Virus record (IMG/VR): IMGVR_UViG_3300044839_000009
Span: 23,407 to 87,406 of that record
DNA: 64,000 nucleotides
Origin: a virus
Strand: one strand, 5' to 3'
Part shown: in pieces, positions 1 to 9,374 of the stretch
Numbering within the stretch: position 1 is the first letter of the stretch
How the letters are laid out: the number at the start of each line of letters is the position of its first letter
Made by a program: the position numbers and the translations under genes
Notes under the pieces: generated by a model
Databases searched by the model: none
The model's input: only the letters and a program-made list of their open reading frames with translations
Told to the model about the DNA's origin: nothing

Positions 1-3000
1 GCGGACTTGAGCCTCTTCGCCACCGAGTCGCGCTTGTTGGCGAGCGACATCAACAGCCTGTCGTCCTTGGCCATTGCCGCCTGGAGCTTCTTGTGGTGGC
101 TGCCGAAATCCACATACAGGTTTCGGGCGAGGCGTTGTGTCGCCGACCGCACCCGCGCGGTGCTGCCGGTGAGCCCGTCGATGAGGCCGTGCATGACCCA
201 GGCGCCGAGTGCCTTGAACTTCTTGCTCGGGCTTGCGATACCCAACTCGCTGGCGAACGTTGACTGGGTGGCCACCGCGGCGCCTCGCATCGACGCCACC
301 ACGCCGCCCGTGCCGCCGGTGATGCCGTCCGCCAGGCCCTGCATGAGGGCGATGCCGGAGTGGAGAGTCCAGCCGCGGCCGGAAAACGGCCCCTCCTTCG
401 CTGGGGAGAACGGCAGCAGGTTCCGGGCCGCGTTGAGCGCTGACCTCACGGCGTTCGCCGGGGCTGAGATCATGCTCTTGATGCCGTTGACGAAGCCCTG
501 CAGCAGGGACTTGCCGGAGTTGTACAGGTAGGAGCCGAGGCTTCCGAGGGCGCCGATGACACGCTTGGGTAGCCCCCTCACCCACGCGACGGCGAGCATG
601 GCGACCGCGATGTTGGCCTGCTTGAAGCGCTGCCAGGCAGACGATGCGGCGTTGTACAGGTTGGCGCCCAGGGATGCGATGCCGCCGATGATGCGGCCCG
701 GCAGTGCGGTGACCCAGCTGATCAGGGTGCGGCCCACTGCGACCGTCGCGCGGTAGGCGGCCGAGAACCCGGCGGTGATCTGCTTCCAGTGCTTGACGAT
801 GTAGGCGACCGCAAGGCCGATCGGTCCGGCGAGCAGCCCGATGAGGAGCACCCAGTGGGATTTGACGAAGTTCACGCAGAAGCCGACGGCGGCATTCACC
901 GCTGACTTGATCTGTGACCAGTATTTGATCACGCCGAGGACTGCCAGCCCGATCGGGCCGGTGATCAGCGCGAGGATCAGCTGCCAGTGCGCCTTGACGA
1001 AGTTGATCACGAAGGAGACGGCGGTAGCGATCGCGTGGAAGGTCGCGTTCACGGCATTCCGGAACCACGTGAAGTGCGTGTAGGCGTAGACCAGGCCCGC
1101 GACCAGTGCGGCGATCGCCAGCACGATCAGCATGATCGGGTTGGCGTCCATCGCGACGTTCAGCGCCCACTGCGCGACCGCAGCAGCCTTCTCTGCGATC
1201 GCCGACGCGATCAAGGCGATCTTCTGAGCCGTCCACGCCGCCGCAGCCCGGAGTCCAGCCAACGCCGACGCCGCCATCGACTTCGTGAAGTTCAGCGCCG
1301 CCAACGAAGCAGACTTCATCGCCCCGCCAACAGCGCGGACCCCCGAAGCCAGACCGCCCCACGCCGCCTTGCCGGCCGAGGCACTCACGCGGCCCACGCT
1401 CAACGCAAACGACTTCACCGCACCCGTGGCGCTCCTTGCCCCGGATGCCGCCATGCTGAACCCGCTGCGCAACTTCCCGCCGAAAGTTCCAGCGGCCCCG
1501 GTGGCTTCGGACGCCGCCGAGCTGGCGCTACGGAAGCCGCGAACCAGATTCGCGCTCGCCTTGCCCGCGCCGCCCAGGGCCGACGTGAACGGCTTGAGAG
1601 CGCCGCCGATGAACTTCAGCACCGAGCCGGCCAGGATGATGCCGATCGCGGCAGCCAGAACTTTCGTGGCGGCCGTGTGCTGGGTGAAGAATCCGATGAC
1701 GGCCGACACGATCGGAATGAGCTTCGTGCCGATGGTGATCGCCGTTGTGGCGACGCGCTCCTTGAGCTGCGCCATCTGCACGTTGAACGTCTTCTGGGTC
1801 TGCGCCCAGCCCTCAACGTCCTTCCCGGCGTGCTTACTGGCTTCGCCGACCGCGGCGACGTTCTTGTTGAAGTCGCTGGCGTTCTCACCGCCGAGCATGA
1901 GCGCGGTGTTGAGGCCAGTGGCGCCGCCCATCATCTTCTTCATCGCCGCGTTGTAGGTCTCGGCCGCCGGACCGCCGCGCTTGAGCGCGTCATTGAAGCC
2001 GTGGGACTTCTCGTACAGGGCGAGAAACTGGGCGCCGAGGACGTGCTGGTCGGCTGGGAGAGCCTTGATCGACTTGTTGTAGTTTTTGACACTGGTGGAT
2101 CCGTTGGCGAGGCCGTCGGCCAGGTGCTTCACGGTGGGTGGCATCGAGCCGAGCATCGTTTTGAGGTCGGCCGATGCCTGCTTGGTCTTGTTGAACGTGG
2201 ACAGCAGGACCGTCCCCGCCTTGCCCATGTGAGTCAGGACGGCCTTCTGCAGCAAGTCGATGGTGCCAGTCAGGCCGCGCTTCCCGAGGTGCGTGGAGAC
2301 GTCGTTGCTGGAGATGCCCAGCCTCTGCATCTCTTGGACGGCGACGTTGTTCGGTGCCTGCAAGGAGCGAATGGAGAACGCCAACTCCTGGGTGGCTTCG
2401 CGCGCCGACGTGCCGTGGTTGGTGAGGGTGGCGATGGCGCCGCCGACCTCGGCGAATTTCAGGTGTGCGGAGGCGGCGATCGGCAGGACCGTCGACAGTG
2501 ATCCGGCGAACTCGGCGAACGTCATCTTGCCGTGGCCGACGGCGGCGATCATCTGGTTGGTGATGGTCACGGCCGCCGACGCGGGCATGTGGTAGCTCTT
2601 GAGCGCAGAGGTCACCGCGTTGGTGACCTCCGCGAGCGGAGCCTGCTCCGCGCGGGCGCCCTGCGCCGCCACTCGCAGCACCTCGAGCCCGGCCTTGCCG
2701 TGGAACCCGGCGGACTCCACCATGTACATGCCGTCGGCGAGTTCCTTGGTGCCGGTGCCCGTCTGTACGGCGACGCTCTTGACCCCGTCGGACACCATTT
2801 TCAGCTTGCCCTGCGACTCGCCGGCCGTGGTGACGAGCTTTTGCATCGACGCCTGGAAGTCGCCGGCCATCTTGACGCTAACGGCCGCGATGCCCAGTCC
2901 AGCAATGGTGGTGGCCTTGCCGACCTTGGTCATCATGCCGCCGAGGCCGCCCATGCGCTGCGTAAAAGACTCGCCGCGCACCGCCGCCTCACCCAGGCCG

Positions 3001-3062
3001 CGAGCGAACGGGGCGGTCTCCACCCGGAGGACAGCGAACAGGTCGGCAACCTCAGCGCCCAT
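1..3062 (-). CDS. Tail tape measure protein (TP901-like core), 3' end beyond window edge
   Basis: Translated in part by hand from ATG at 3062: MGAEVADLFAVLRVETAPFARG...KMAGDFQASMQKLVTTAGESQ...ELADGMYMVESAG...; Ala/Gly-rich helical sequence with repeated GPIGLAV/HW motifs; absent from the ORF track, consistent with no stop codon in the window. Confidence 0.92.
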   Translation of the reverse strand, partial: MGAEVADLFAVLRVETAPFARGLGEAAVRGESFTQRMGGLGGMMTKVGKATTIAGLGIAAVSVKMAGDFQASMQKLVTTAGESQGKLKMVSDGVKSVAVQTGTGTKELADGMYMVESAGFHGKAGLEVLRVAAQGARAEQAPLAEVTNAVTSALKSYHMPASAAVTITNQMIAAVGHGKMTFAEFAGSLSTVLPIAASAHLKFAEVGGAIATLTNHGTSAREATQELAFSIRSLQAPNNVAVQEMQRLGISSNDVSTHLGKRGLTGTIDLLQKAVLTHMGKAGTVLLSTFNKTKQASADLKTMLGSMPPTVKHLADGLANGSTSVKNYNKSIKALPADQHVLGAQFLALYEKSHGFNDALKRGGPAAETYNAAMKKMMGGATGLNTALMLGGENASDFNKNVAAVGEASKHAGKDVEGWAQTQKTFNVQMAQLKERVATTAITIGTKLIPIVSAVIGFFTQHTAATKVLAAAIGIILAGSVLKFIGGALKPFTSALGGAGKASANLVRGFRSASSAASEATGAAGTFGGKLRSGFSMAASGARSATGAVKSFALSVGRVSASAGKAAWGGLASGVRAVGGAMKSASLAALNFTKSMAASALAGLRAAAAWTAQKIALIASAIAEKAAAVAQWALNVAMDANPIMLIVLAIAALVAGLVYAYTHFTWFRNAVNATFHAIATAVSFVINFVKAHWQLILALITGPIGLAVLGVIKYWSQIKSAVNAAVGFCVNFVKSHWVLLIGLLAGPIGLAVAYIVKHWKQITAGFSAAYRATVAVGRTLISWVTALPGRIIGGIASLGANLYNAASSAWQRFKQANIAVAMLAVAWVRGLPKRVIGALGSLGSYLYNSGKSLLQGFVNGIKSMISAPANAVRSALNAARNLLPFSPAKEGPFSGRGWTLHSGIALMQGLADGITGGTGGVVASMRGAAVATQSTFASELGIASPSKKFKALGAWVMHGLIDGLTGSTARVRSATQRLARNLYVDFGSHHKKLQAAMAKDDRLLMSLANKRDSVAKRLKS

Positions 3063-3109
3063 GGCGAACCCCCTTGGCAATCGATCAGGGGCCGCTACGG
3101 TGTGGCGGC

Positions 3110-3502
3110 ATGAGAACACGAAGAGCAGCGGCAGCGTTGGTGTTGTGTGCGGGAATGGCCCTGGCGGGCTGCGGGAGCAGTGGCGGTTCGACAAGCCCGG
3201 CCAGTAGTCCAGCGGAGCCGGTCCCTCAGGAGGTGCGGGACCTCGACGTAGCCGACTTCGGCAACGCCAGCGCGCAGGCCGCCTACGACAAGGCGTTCAC
3301 GACCCTGTCCGGACGCTGCAAAGAGAAGGGCGTAGGACTCGCCAACGAAGTCGGCGAAGTGCTGAAACTCCTCAAGGAGAGCGGCGTGCACGACGAGACC
3401 CGGCTCACCGTCATGCAGCACATGACCCAGTCCATCCCCGCCGGCCAGAAGATGAGCTGCGCCGACATCGGCGGCGCCTACGTCACCCTGCGCACCACCT
3501 GA
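3110..3502 (+). CDS. Small lipoprotein, antisense to the tail operon (moron-like)
   Basis: MRTRRAAAALVLCAGMALAGC: basic N-terminus, hydrophobic core and LAGC lipobox; putative TTGGCA (3074) -16 nt- TACGGT (3096) promoter just upstream of the ATG. Confidence 0.8.
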   Translation: MRTRRAAAALVLCAGMALAGCGSSGGSTSPASSPAEPVPQEVRDLDVADFGNASAQAAYDKAFTTLSGRCKEKGVGLANEVGEVLKLLKESGVHDETRLTVMQHMTQSIPAGQKMSCADIGGAYVTLRTT

Positions 3503-3958
3503 TCAGATACGTGGCCAGCCCGGGCGGTACACCATCTGGTACAGCTGCGGAGCGACGACCCGCACTCCGAAATCGAAGGCGGGCTTCAGGAACGGGTACG
3601 TCGCGCCGTTTTTCAGGCCCGTCTCCAGGTACAGCCCGTACTTGCTGGACTGGGTGCGCCCGTAAGGCGGGGTGAAGCCGACCCCGGTGCCGACTCTCGT
3701 CTCCCACCCGCCGCCCGTGAACACCACCGGCGAGTGGGTGATGGAGCGCCGCAGCGTCCCCGAGACGACCGCCGGACCCGACCCGGGCCGGGCCGGTGTC
3801 GGCGTGCCGCGCTTGTGCGCCCCACTGCTGGCGTTGATCTTCGCCTGTCGTTCGACGGCCTGGGCGAGCCGGACCAGGACCGTGCGGGACTTCTTCTGTG
3901 CGTCTGCGTTGATCTCGGCGAACAGGCGCGTGAACATGCCCGGTCGAAGTTCCGGCAC
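3503..3958 (-). CDS. HK97 gp10-like neck/tail-completion protein
   Basis: Motifs PAVVSGTLRRSI, YGLYLETG and YPFLKPA are typical of the gp10 family. Confidence 0.8.
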   Translation of the reverse strand: MPELRPGMFTRLFAEINADAQKKSRTVLVRLAQAVERQAKINASSGAHKRGTPTPARPGSGPAVVSGTLRRSITHSPVVFTGGGWETRVGTGVGFTPPYGRTQSSKYGLYLETGLKNGATYPFLKPAFDFGVRVVAPQLYQMVYRPGWPRI

Positions 3959-3963
3959 CGCAA

Positions 3964-4628
3964 TCACCCCCGGCTCTGGCGGTCGGCCTTGCGGCGTTCC
4001 CGTTCCATCTCGCGTTCCTCGTACTGCCCGACCATGCCGAGGAAGTCGAGGGTGTATCTGCGCACGTACATGGGTGTGGCCTGCAACTGCTCCCACGACC
4101 AGTGCATGCGGCGCATCAGCAGGAAGTCCGCCCACTCCGGGGGTGCGCTGTCTCCGGCCCAGGTGCCCTCGATGATGGACTCGACCGGGATGAGGACGTC
4201 CTCGTAGTAGGGGCTGCCGGGCCCTACTGAGGGTTTGTGACGCGGCCGATCTCCTCCATGACGCGGTTGAGGATGACCATGGGGAGCTTCGCGACGTTCT
4301 CTGCGGTGACCTTGCCGAGGCGGGGCTGTGTGCCGCCTTCGAGGCGGGCGAGGATGTCGGCGGGGTCGGCATCGGGGTCGATGTCGAGGCTGTCGCCAGG
4401 GCTGAACGCCTCGTAGACCTTCCAGGCGACGATGAGACCAGCCATCATTTTGTAGCCGGCGTCATTGGCGGCCTTCGGGTCGACGGGCTCGCCGTTCTCC
4501 TTGAGTTCGACGTCCTCAGGGGTGAGGTCGGCGGGCGGCAGGAGCTGCGGGTTCTTCATGAGTACAGAGCAGCCTTCGCCCAGGTCGGGAAAGGCCATCA
4601 GTACATACGGGTTGGTGTAGCCCGGCAT
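3964..4628 (-). CDS. Tail assembly chaperone, long (G-T type) product via -1 frameshift
   Basis: Slippery A AAC CCT just before the chaperone stop; the -1 frame is open to TGA at 3964-3966 (PYYEDVLIPVESIIEGTW...MHWSWEQLQATPMYVRRY...). Confidence 0.75.
4224..4628 (-). CDS. Tail assembly chaperone (short product)
   Basis: Directly downstream of the tail tube gene; MPGYTNPYVLMAFPDLGEG...RVTNPQ. Confidence 0.8.
   Translation of the reverse strand: MPGYTNPYVLMAFPDLGEGCSVLMKNPQLLPPADLTPEDVELKENGEPVDPKAANDAGYKMMAGLIVAWKVYEAFSPGDSLDIDPDADPADILARLEGGTQPRLGKVTAENVAKLPMVILNRVMEEIGRVTNPQ
4230..4236 (-). other. -1 programmed ribosomal frameshift slippery heptamer AAACCCT
   Basis: X XXY YYZ pattern in the correct phase, one codon upstream of the TAG. 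Confidence 0.75.
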
Positions 4629-4733
4629 GGGTGGTTCTCCTAGCGGGTGAGGGCGTTGAGGGCGTGGACCCTGGCCGTGCCGCGACGCCCTCACGCACGA
4701 CACAGCCAGGGAGTAGAAAAGCGCAGGTCAGGG

Positions 4734-5891
4734 CTAGTACGCCGCCGAAACGTAGTTCTTCAGGATGGCCTGCACAGACCCGGAGTCGGTGGTGTTGTAG
4801 ACGCCGTTGATCTCGAAGTCGGCCTGCACGTAGGTGCCGGACACGTCGGGCTTGCCCTTCGACCAGCCGCCCTGCGTCGTGGTGATCGTCAGGGATGCGC
4901 CGCCCGCGTCGACGCCCGCGCCGATGGGCTGGACCAGGGCCATGCTGGTCGGGTTGCCCTGGAGCGCGTTGAGGTACAGGTTGTAGTCCGCGTCCGACTC
5001 GTAGATCGCCTTGTAGGTGATGTCCGCATCGAGGACGCCGGTGAACACTTCGCGGGGCTGCTGGCTGCCGTTGCTGGCGTGGATGGCCTCGCCCGGGCGC
5101 TTGAGCGCCAGGTCGTAGGACAGGCCGCGCGTACTGGTGGCGCCGGCGTTGGTCATGGCGAACTGCCAGCCGAGGAACGGCGGCGGCTCGCTGAACGCGG
5201 GGGTCGCACTTTGGACCGAGCCGATCCAGCCGATGTACTTGGCGCCGACGGTGGCGATGCCCTTCGGGTCGACCTTGAGGGAGACGTCGGTCAGCATGCA
5301 GCCCGGGTAGCCCCAGGCCTCGAACGCGTTGTGCTGGGTGAGGCTGTAGGTGGGCTTGGCGGCGGACGCGGACTGCTTGAAGGTGTGGGTGGTCTGGCTG
5401 AGGACGGCGACGGCCGAGGTGTGGGCGAACGTCAGGCCGCCCGCGGGGGTGACGATGGGGATGGTGAACGGTCCCACGCCAGTGGGGGTGCCTGTGGTGG
5501 CGTACTCGATCTTGGCGCCGGTGTCGATCTGGATGGTGGAGCCGAGCGGGATCGTCGCGGCCGTGGTGATTGACGTGGCGCCCGCGGTCGTCGACGCCGA
5601 CAGGGTCGTCGTCACGCCCGGGGTGACAGTGTCGGGGCCGATGATCCGCAGCGCGTAGCCGACCGAGTCGGGGTAGGCGTTCCACTCCAGGTCGACCGTC
5701 GAGTCCCCGGCGCCCTGGTACAGGCCCTGCAGGTTCGAGTCGTTGTTGCGGTACGACTCGTCACGCAGCGGGTCGTAGCCGATCTCGAAGTCCAGCTTCG
5801 TGCACGGCAGGTAGTACGTGGGGGTCAGCCACGTTCCCTGGGTGGCTTCCTTGGCCAGGCCCACATATGCGAGCCGCCCGAGAAGGGTCAT
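4734..5891 (-). CDS. Major tail (tube) protein with an inserted Thr-rich beta domain
   Basis: 385 aa; N-terminal GLAKEATQGTW, YPGCMLTDVSLKVD and gene position are typical of tail tube proteins. Confidence 0.85.
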   Translation of the reverse strand: MTLLGRLAYVGLAKEATQGTWLTPTYYLPCTKLDFEIGYDPLRDESYRNNDSNLQGLYQGAGDSTVDLEWNAYPDSVGYALRIIGPDTVTPGVTTTLSASTTAGATSITTAATIPLGSTIQIDTGAKIEYATTGTPTGVGPFTIPIVTPAGGLTFAHTSAVAVLSQTTHTFKQSASAAKPTYSLTQHNAFEAWGYPGCMLTDVSLKVDPKGIATVGAKYIGWIGSVQSATPAFSEPPPFLGWQFAMTNAGATSTRGLSYDLALKRPGEAIHASNGSQQPREVFTGVLDADITYKAIYESDADYNLYLNALQGNPTSMALVQPIGAGVDAGGASLTITTTQGGWSKGKPDVSGTYVQADFEINGVYNTTDSGSVQAILKNYVSAAY

Positions 5892-6142
5892 CGCGGCTCA
5901 CCTCCTTCGGTGTCCGCCGCGGTCGCCCGCCGGGTCTTGGTGGTGGTCTTGGGCTGCGGCGCCTCGTCGGCGGCAGGCTGCTCGGGTTCGTCGTCGACGG
6001 GTGTCCAGCCGTCGAGGAGCACGGGGTGTTCGTGGACCTCGCCGACCTCGACCCGGACGGGCGGCTCGCTGGCGAACGTCCAGGCGCTGCCGGTTGTGTT
6101 GCGTTGACGGACGGGCGGCTGTTCGGTGGGGTCGGGGCTCAC
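5888..6142 (-). CDS. Small hypothetical virion-module protein
   Basis: 84 aa, coupled to the tail tube start, GGAG RBS. Confidence 0.65.
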   Translation of the reverse strand: MSPDPTEQPPVRQRNTTGSAWTFASEPPVRVEVGEVHEHPVLLDGWTPVDDEPEQPAADEAPQPKTTTKTRRATAADTEGGEPR

Positions 6143-6173
6143 GGTGGACTCCTGCGACAGGGAGGGGGCATGG

Positions 6174-6198
6174 AAAAGGCCCCCGCGAGACGGGAGCC
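6174..6198 (-). terminator. Intrinsic terminator inside the late operon
   Basis: Minus strand reads GGCTCCCG-TCTCG-CGGGGGCC followed by TTTT. Confidence 0.6.
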
Positions 6199-6218
6199 GA
6201 AGGAGAGGGAGGGGCAGG

Positions 6219-6740
6219 TCAGGACGTGTAGTCCTTGTCGTCCGCCTGGTAGGTGATGGTTGCGCTCAGGTCGGCCTTGGCGAGCATCGACTGCTCCGGA
6301 TCGGCGAAGTCGACGGCGATGGCGTTGGGGTCCTGGGCGACGCTCATGAAGCGGGCGCCGTGCGTCTTGTCGAGCGGGAACGTGAGGACCGGCCCGCTGA
6401 TCCGCCGAAGGACCAGCTCGACCGCGGCGTCGAAGTCCCGCTGTACGGATTCGGCTTGGCCGGACGGTGACGACTGCGGCCAGTACAGGCGCAGCACGAA
6501 CGGATAGTGGTTGATCATCCGGTTGAAGCCGAAGCGCTCCGCCCGGATCTGTCCGCGCGTCACATACAGTCGCCGCTGGCGTTGCGCCGGGGTGCGTGGC
6601 ACATACGCCTGCACCACATCGAACGGTCCGCCGTAGGCCGTCAGCAGCCCCGGTAGGCCGTCCGTGGCGTCGTAGGCGGCCAGCCATGCCGCCTCGCGAT
6701 CGACGGCGTCAGCACTGCTCACCAGATCCGGAGTGCTCAC
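6219..6740 (-). CDS. Putative tail terminator/completion protein
   Basis: 173 aa; position between adaptor and tail tube; beta-rich C-terminus (LSATITYQADD). Confidence 0.6.
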   Translation of the reverse strand: MSTPDLVSSADAVDREAAWLAAYDATDGLPGLLTAYGGPFDVVQAYVPRTPAQRQRRLYVTRGQIRAERFGFNRMINHYPFVLRLYWPQSSPSGQAESVQRDFDAAVELVLRRISGPVLTFPLDKTHGARFMSVAQDPNAIAVDFADPEQSMLAKADLSATITYQADDKDYTS

Positions 6741-6752
6741 CAGCCACCACCC

Positions 6753-7427
6753 TCACGTGCGCTGGTAGTTGCAGAGGATCTTCTCCGCCTGCGCGGAAAG
6801 CGCCCCCGGATCGTGGGAGAACTGCGTACCGGCAGGGTCGATCTCGCCCAGCACCAGCGAGGCGGTGAGCAGCTTGCAGGCGCGCATCAGGTCGGCCGGC
6901 ACGGTGGTGTAGCCGCCGTCGTAGGTGACGCGGATCAGCGAACCGGGGGGCAGGAACGTGCCGAGCTGGAACCAGATGTGACCGGAGTCCGGCTCAGCGC
7001 CGACGATCTGCGCCGGCGCGATCTTCTGCGAACCGCCATAGGACTGGAAGATCGTCACCGTCAGGTTGGCGTAGGTCCACATCTCCGGGTAGCGGGGCGC
7101 GAACTCATTCAGCCACACATGCCGGACCAGATCGGTGCCAGTGCCGCCCATCGCCGAGGCGTAGGACGCGCCGACGGTGGCCTGCAAGCTCATCGGCATG
7201 TCCGTGCCGCCGGACAGTTCGTCCGGGTCGATGCCGGTGGCCCGGTGGGTTTCCGGCACGCTGGCGAACGGTGCGAGCCGGCGTCCGGCGATGCCCTCAC
7301 ACTGGCGAGTCGCCTCGCCCATCAGCGTGCTGAGGGCGTCGGGCGCGTAGTCGCGGACCAGGTCGGCGAACTGCCCGGTCTGCATGTCCGCCGACGTCGC
7401 GAGCGGGACCGGGGAGTCCGCGGTCAT
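6753..7427 (-). CDS. Head-tail adaptor protein
   Basis: EATRQCEGIAGRRL, IRVTYDGGYTTVPADLMRACKLL and AEKILCNY resemble gp6/gp15-type adaptors. Confidence 0.8.
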   Translation of the reverse strand: MTADSPVPLATSADMQTGQFADLVRDYAPDALSTLMGEATRQCEGIAGRRLAPFASVPETHRATGIDPDELSGGTDMPMSLQATVGASYASAMGGTGTDLVRHVWLNEFAPRYPEMWTYANLTVTIFQSYGGSQKIAPAQIVGAEPDSGHIWFQLGTFLPPGSLIRVTYDGGYTTVPADLMRACKLLTASLVLGEIDPAGTQFSHDPGALSAQAEKILCNYQRT

Positions 7428-7430
7428 CGG

Positions 7431-7796
7431 CTACTCCTCGACGGGTGCGGGCTTGCGGGCGGACGTCTTGCGGGCCGCGGCCTTCTTCGCCGCGGGCTTG
7501 GCCTCCGGCTCGGGCTCGGCGGCCGGTTCACCCTCCGGCGCGTCGGGGTCGATCTCCGACAGCTCCGGGGTTTCACCGCTGTCCGGCTCCGGCTCGGGTT
7601 CGGGATCCGGGGCGACCTGGGGATCCTCGGCCAGCTCTGCATCGGCCGGGGTGTCGACGACGGAGAAACCGCCGTCCGGGATGGCCAGCAGGATGACAGC
7701 CTGCTCGTAGGGCACCGGGACGACCGCGCCGTCCTCGGGCCACGTGTTGCCGAAGCTGTCGGCTCCGGCCTGGGACTTGTGGACGTTGACGTCCAT
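7431..7796 (-). CDS. Hypothetical acidic/Pro-rich head-associated protein
   Basis: MDVNVHKSQAG...; AAGGAGG RBS; lies just after the capsid gene. Confidence 0.7.
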   Translation of the reverse strand: MDVNVHKSQAGADSFGNTWPEDGAVVPVPYEQAVILLAIPDGGFSVVDTPADAELAEDPQVAPDPEPEPEPDSGETPELSEIDPDAPEGEPAAEPEPEAKPAAKKAAARKTSARKPAPVEE

Positions 7797-7864
7797 GAGT
7801 GCGCCTCCTTGGCGCCGCACGGGACCGCGGCGAGCAGCAGCGGTCCCGTGCGGGGTTGGAACGG

Positions 7865-9232
7865 TCAGAGGCTCGGAGACACGCGGGCGAGCCGGCCGAG
7901 ATACTTCTGCGCCCGCACAGCAAGGGTCGTGTCGCTGACCAGGGCGAACGGCAGGCTGTCCGGCGAAGTCGCGGTCGGGTAGACATCCAGGGGGATGGCC
8001 TCGCGAACCCGGGGGCGGACCACGAAGTTCCGGTCACGGGACATCAGGTAGATGTTCTCGTGGCCGGTCGCCGGCGGCAGCATCGACGCGTTGGTGCCGA
8101 CGTAGGTCGCCGGGGGGTTCGCCGGGGCGGTGGCGCCGTTCTTCGGGGTCAGCTTGGCGCCGTCGTCCACGATCGAGGTGGTGAGGATCGGGGTGATGCC
8201 GTCGGCGGCGAGTCCGACAGTGGCGTCGACGTAGCCGAGGAACGTCTCGGTGTTGGTCGCGGTGGCCCGGTAGACCTTGTACAGGATGGGCTGCGCGCCC
8301 TCCAGGCCGGTCGGGGTCGAGAACGACAGGGTGACGGTCGAGGTGGCGCCGGTGGTGACCTGGGAGACCTCAGTGGAGACGGGGATCTCGCCCTGGCGTG
8401 CGACGACCGCCGACACCTTGTAGTAGTAGGTCGCCGCGGCGAGGGTGCCGCCGGTGGTGGCGGTCGCCGAGCTGACGGTGCCCATCGAGAAGCCGCGGCC
8501 CTGCAGGAAGCTGGACTTGATGATGGGGATGTTGCGGTAGGTCGGCACGATCAGACCGGCGGCGATCTCCGTCTTGTCGGCGAACCACTGGTTGGCCTGC
8601 AGCAGCTGCGACAGCTTGCTGTTCGCGCTGGAGCTCATCACGAACATCCAGCTCGAGTCGAACACCTGCATGGCGGCGTTCGTCTCGACCATGTCGATCA
8701 GCTGGTCGAGGTGGCGCAGGGCCAGGGTCGCGCCGGCCTCGTCGATGGCGTTCTGGTTGCTGCCGGAGAACGTCGAGATCTGGCTGTCGAGGCCGTCGAA
8801 CTGGGGCTGTGCGCCGGACAGGGTGGAGGTGGCGTTGCCCCACAGGAGGGCGGTCTCCATGTCCCAGTAGGTGCCCTTGATGGCGCCGTCGACTTCGGAC
8901 TGACGCAGGTTGCCGATGACGTCCTGGGTGACGGCCTGCGCGTAGCCGGTGACGCCGCCGACGACCTGCAGGTGCTTCATGGCGAAGTTGGACTGCACGT
9001 AGGTGCTGTTGGCCATGACGGTCGCGCCACCGTCGATGACGAAGCCGCCGGACGCGTTCTGGGTGCGCTGGTTGAACGTGTAGATGTCCGCGTTCCACGG
9101 GATCGACGGGATGGAGCGCACCAGCGGCGAGTAGCGGCGCTGGTACTCGACCAGAACGGGGTCGATGACCTTCGGGACGAGGGCGGAGGCTCCGGCGGCT
9201 GTCAGCGCCTCGCGGAGTTCGGTGTTGGTCAC
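7865..9232 (-). CDS. Major capsid protein (HK97 fold) with internal FN3/Ig-like insertion
   Basis: 455 aa after the protease/scaffold gene; LVPKVIDPVLVEYQRRYSPL, METALLWG and FDGL motifs. Confidence 0.88.
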   Translation of the reverse strand: MTNTELREALTAAGASALVPKVIDPVLVEYQRRYSPLVRSIPSIPWNADIYTFNQRTQNASGGFVIDGGATVMANSTYVQSNFAMKHLQVVGGVTGYAQAVTQDVIGNLRQSEVDGAIKGTYWDMETALLWGNATSTLSGAQPQFDGLDSQISTFSGSNQNAIDEAGATLALRHLDQLIDMVETNAAMQVFDSSWMFVMSSSANSKLSQLLQANQWFADKTEIAAGLIVPTYRNIPIIKSSFLQGRGFSMGTVSSATATTGGTLAAATYYYKVSAVVARQGEIPVSTEVSQVTTGATSTVTLSFSTPTGLEGAQPILYKVYRATATNTETFLGYVDATVGLAADGITPILTTSIVDDGAKLTPKNGATAPANPPATYVGTNASMLPPATGHENIYLMSRDRNFVVRPRVREAIPLDVYPTATSPDSLPFALVSDTTLAVRAQKYLGRLARVSPSL

Positions 9233-9374
9233 GGTGATGCCTCTCTAAGCAGCTGGGTATGGCGAAGCCCCGCACCACAGGGGTGGGCGGGGCCGGGTGA
9301 CCATTTCTGCCGAGCGGCACCAGCAGGGCTGGCGGTCCAGGGTGAGGTGCCCGGCGACTGCCGGGCGGGGTGGG

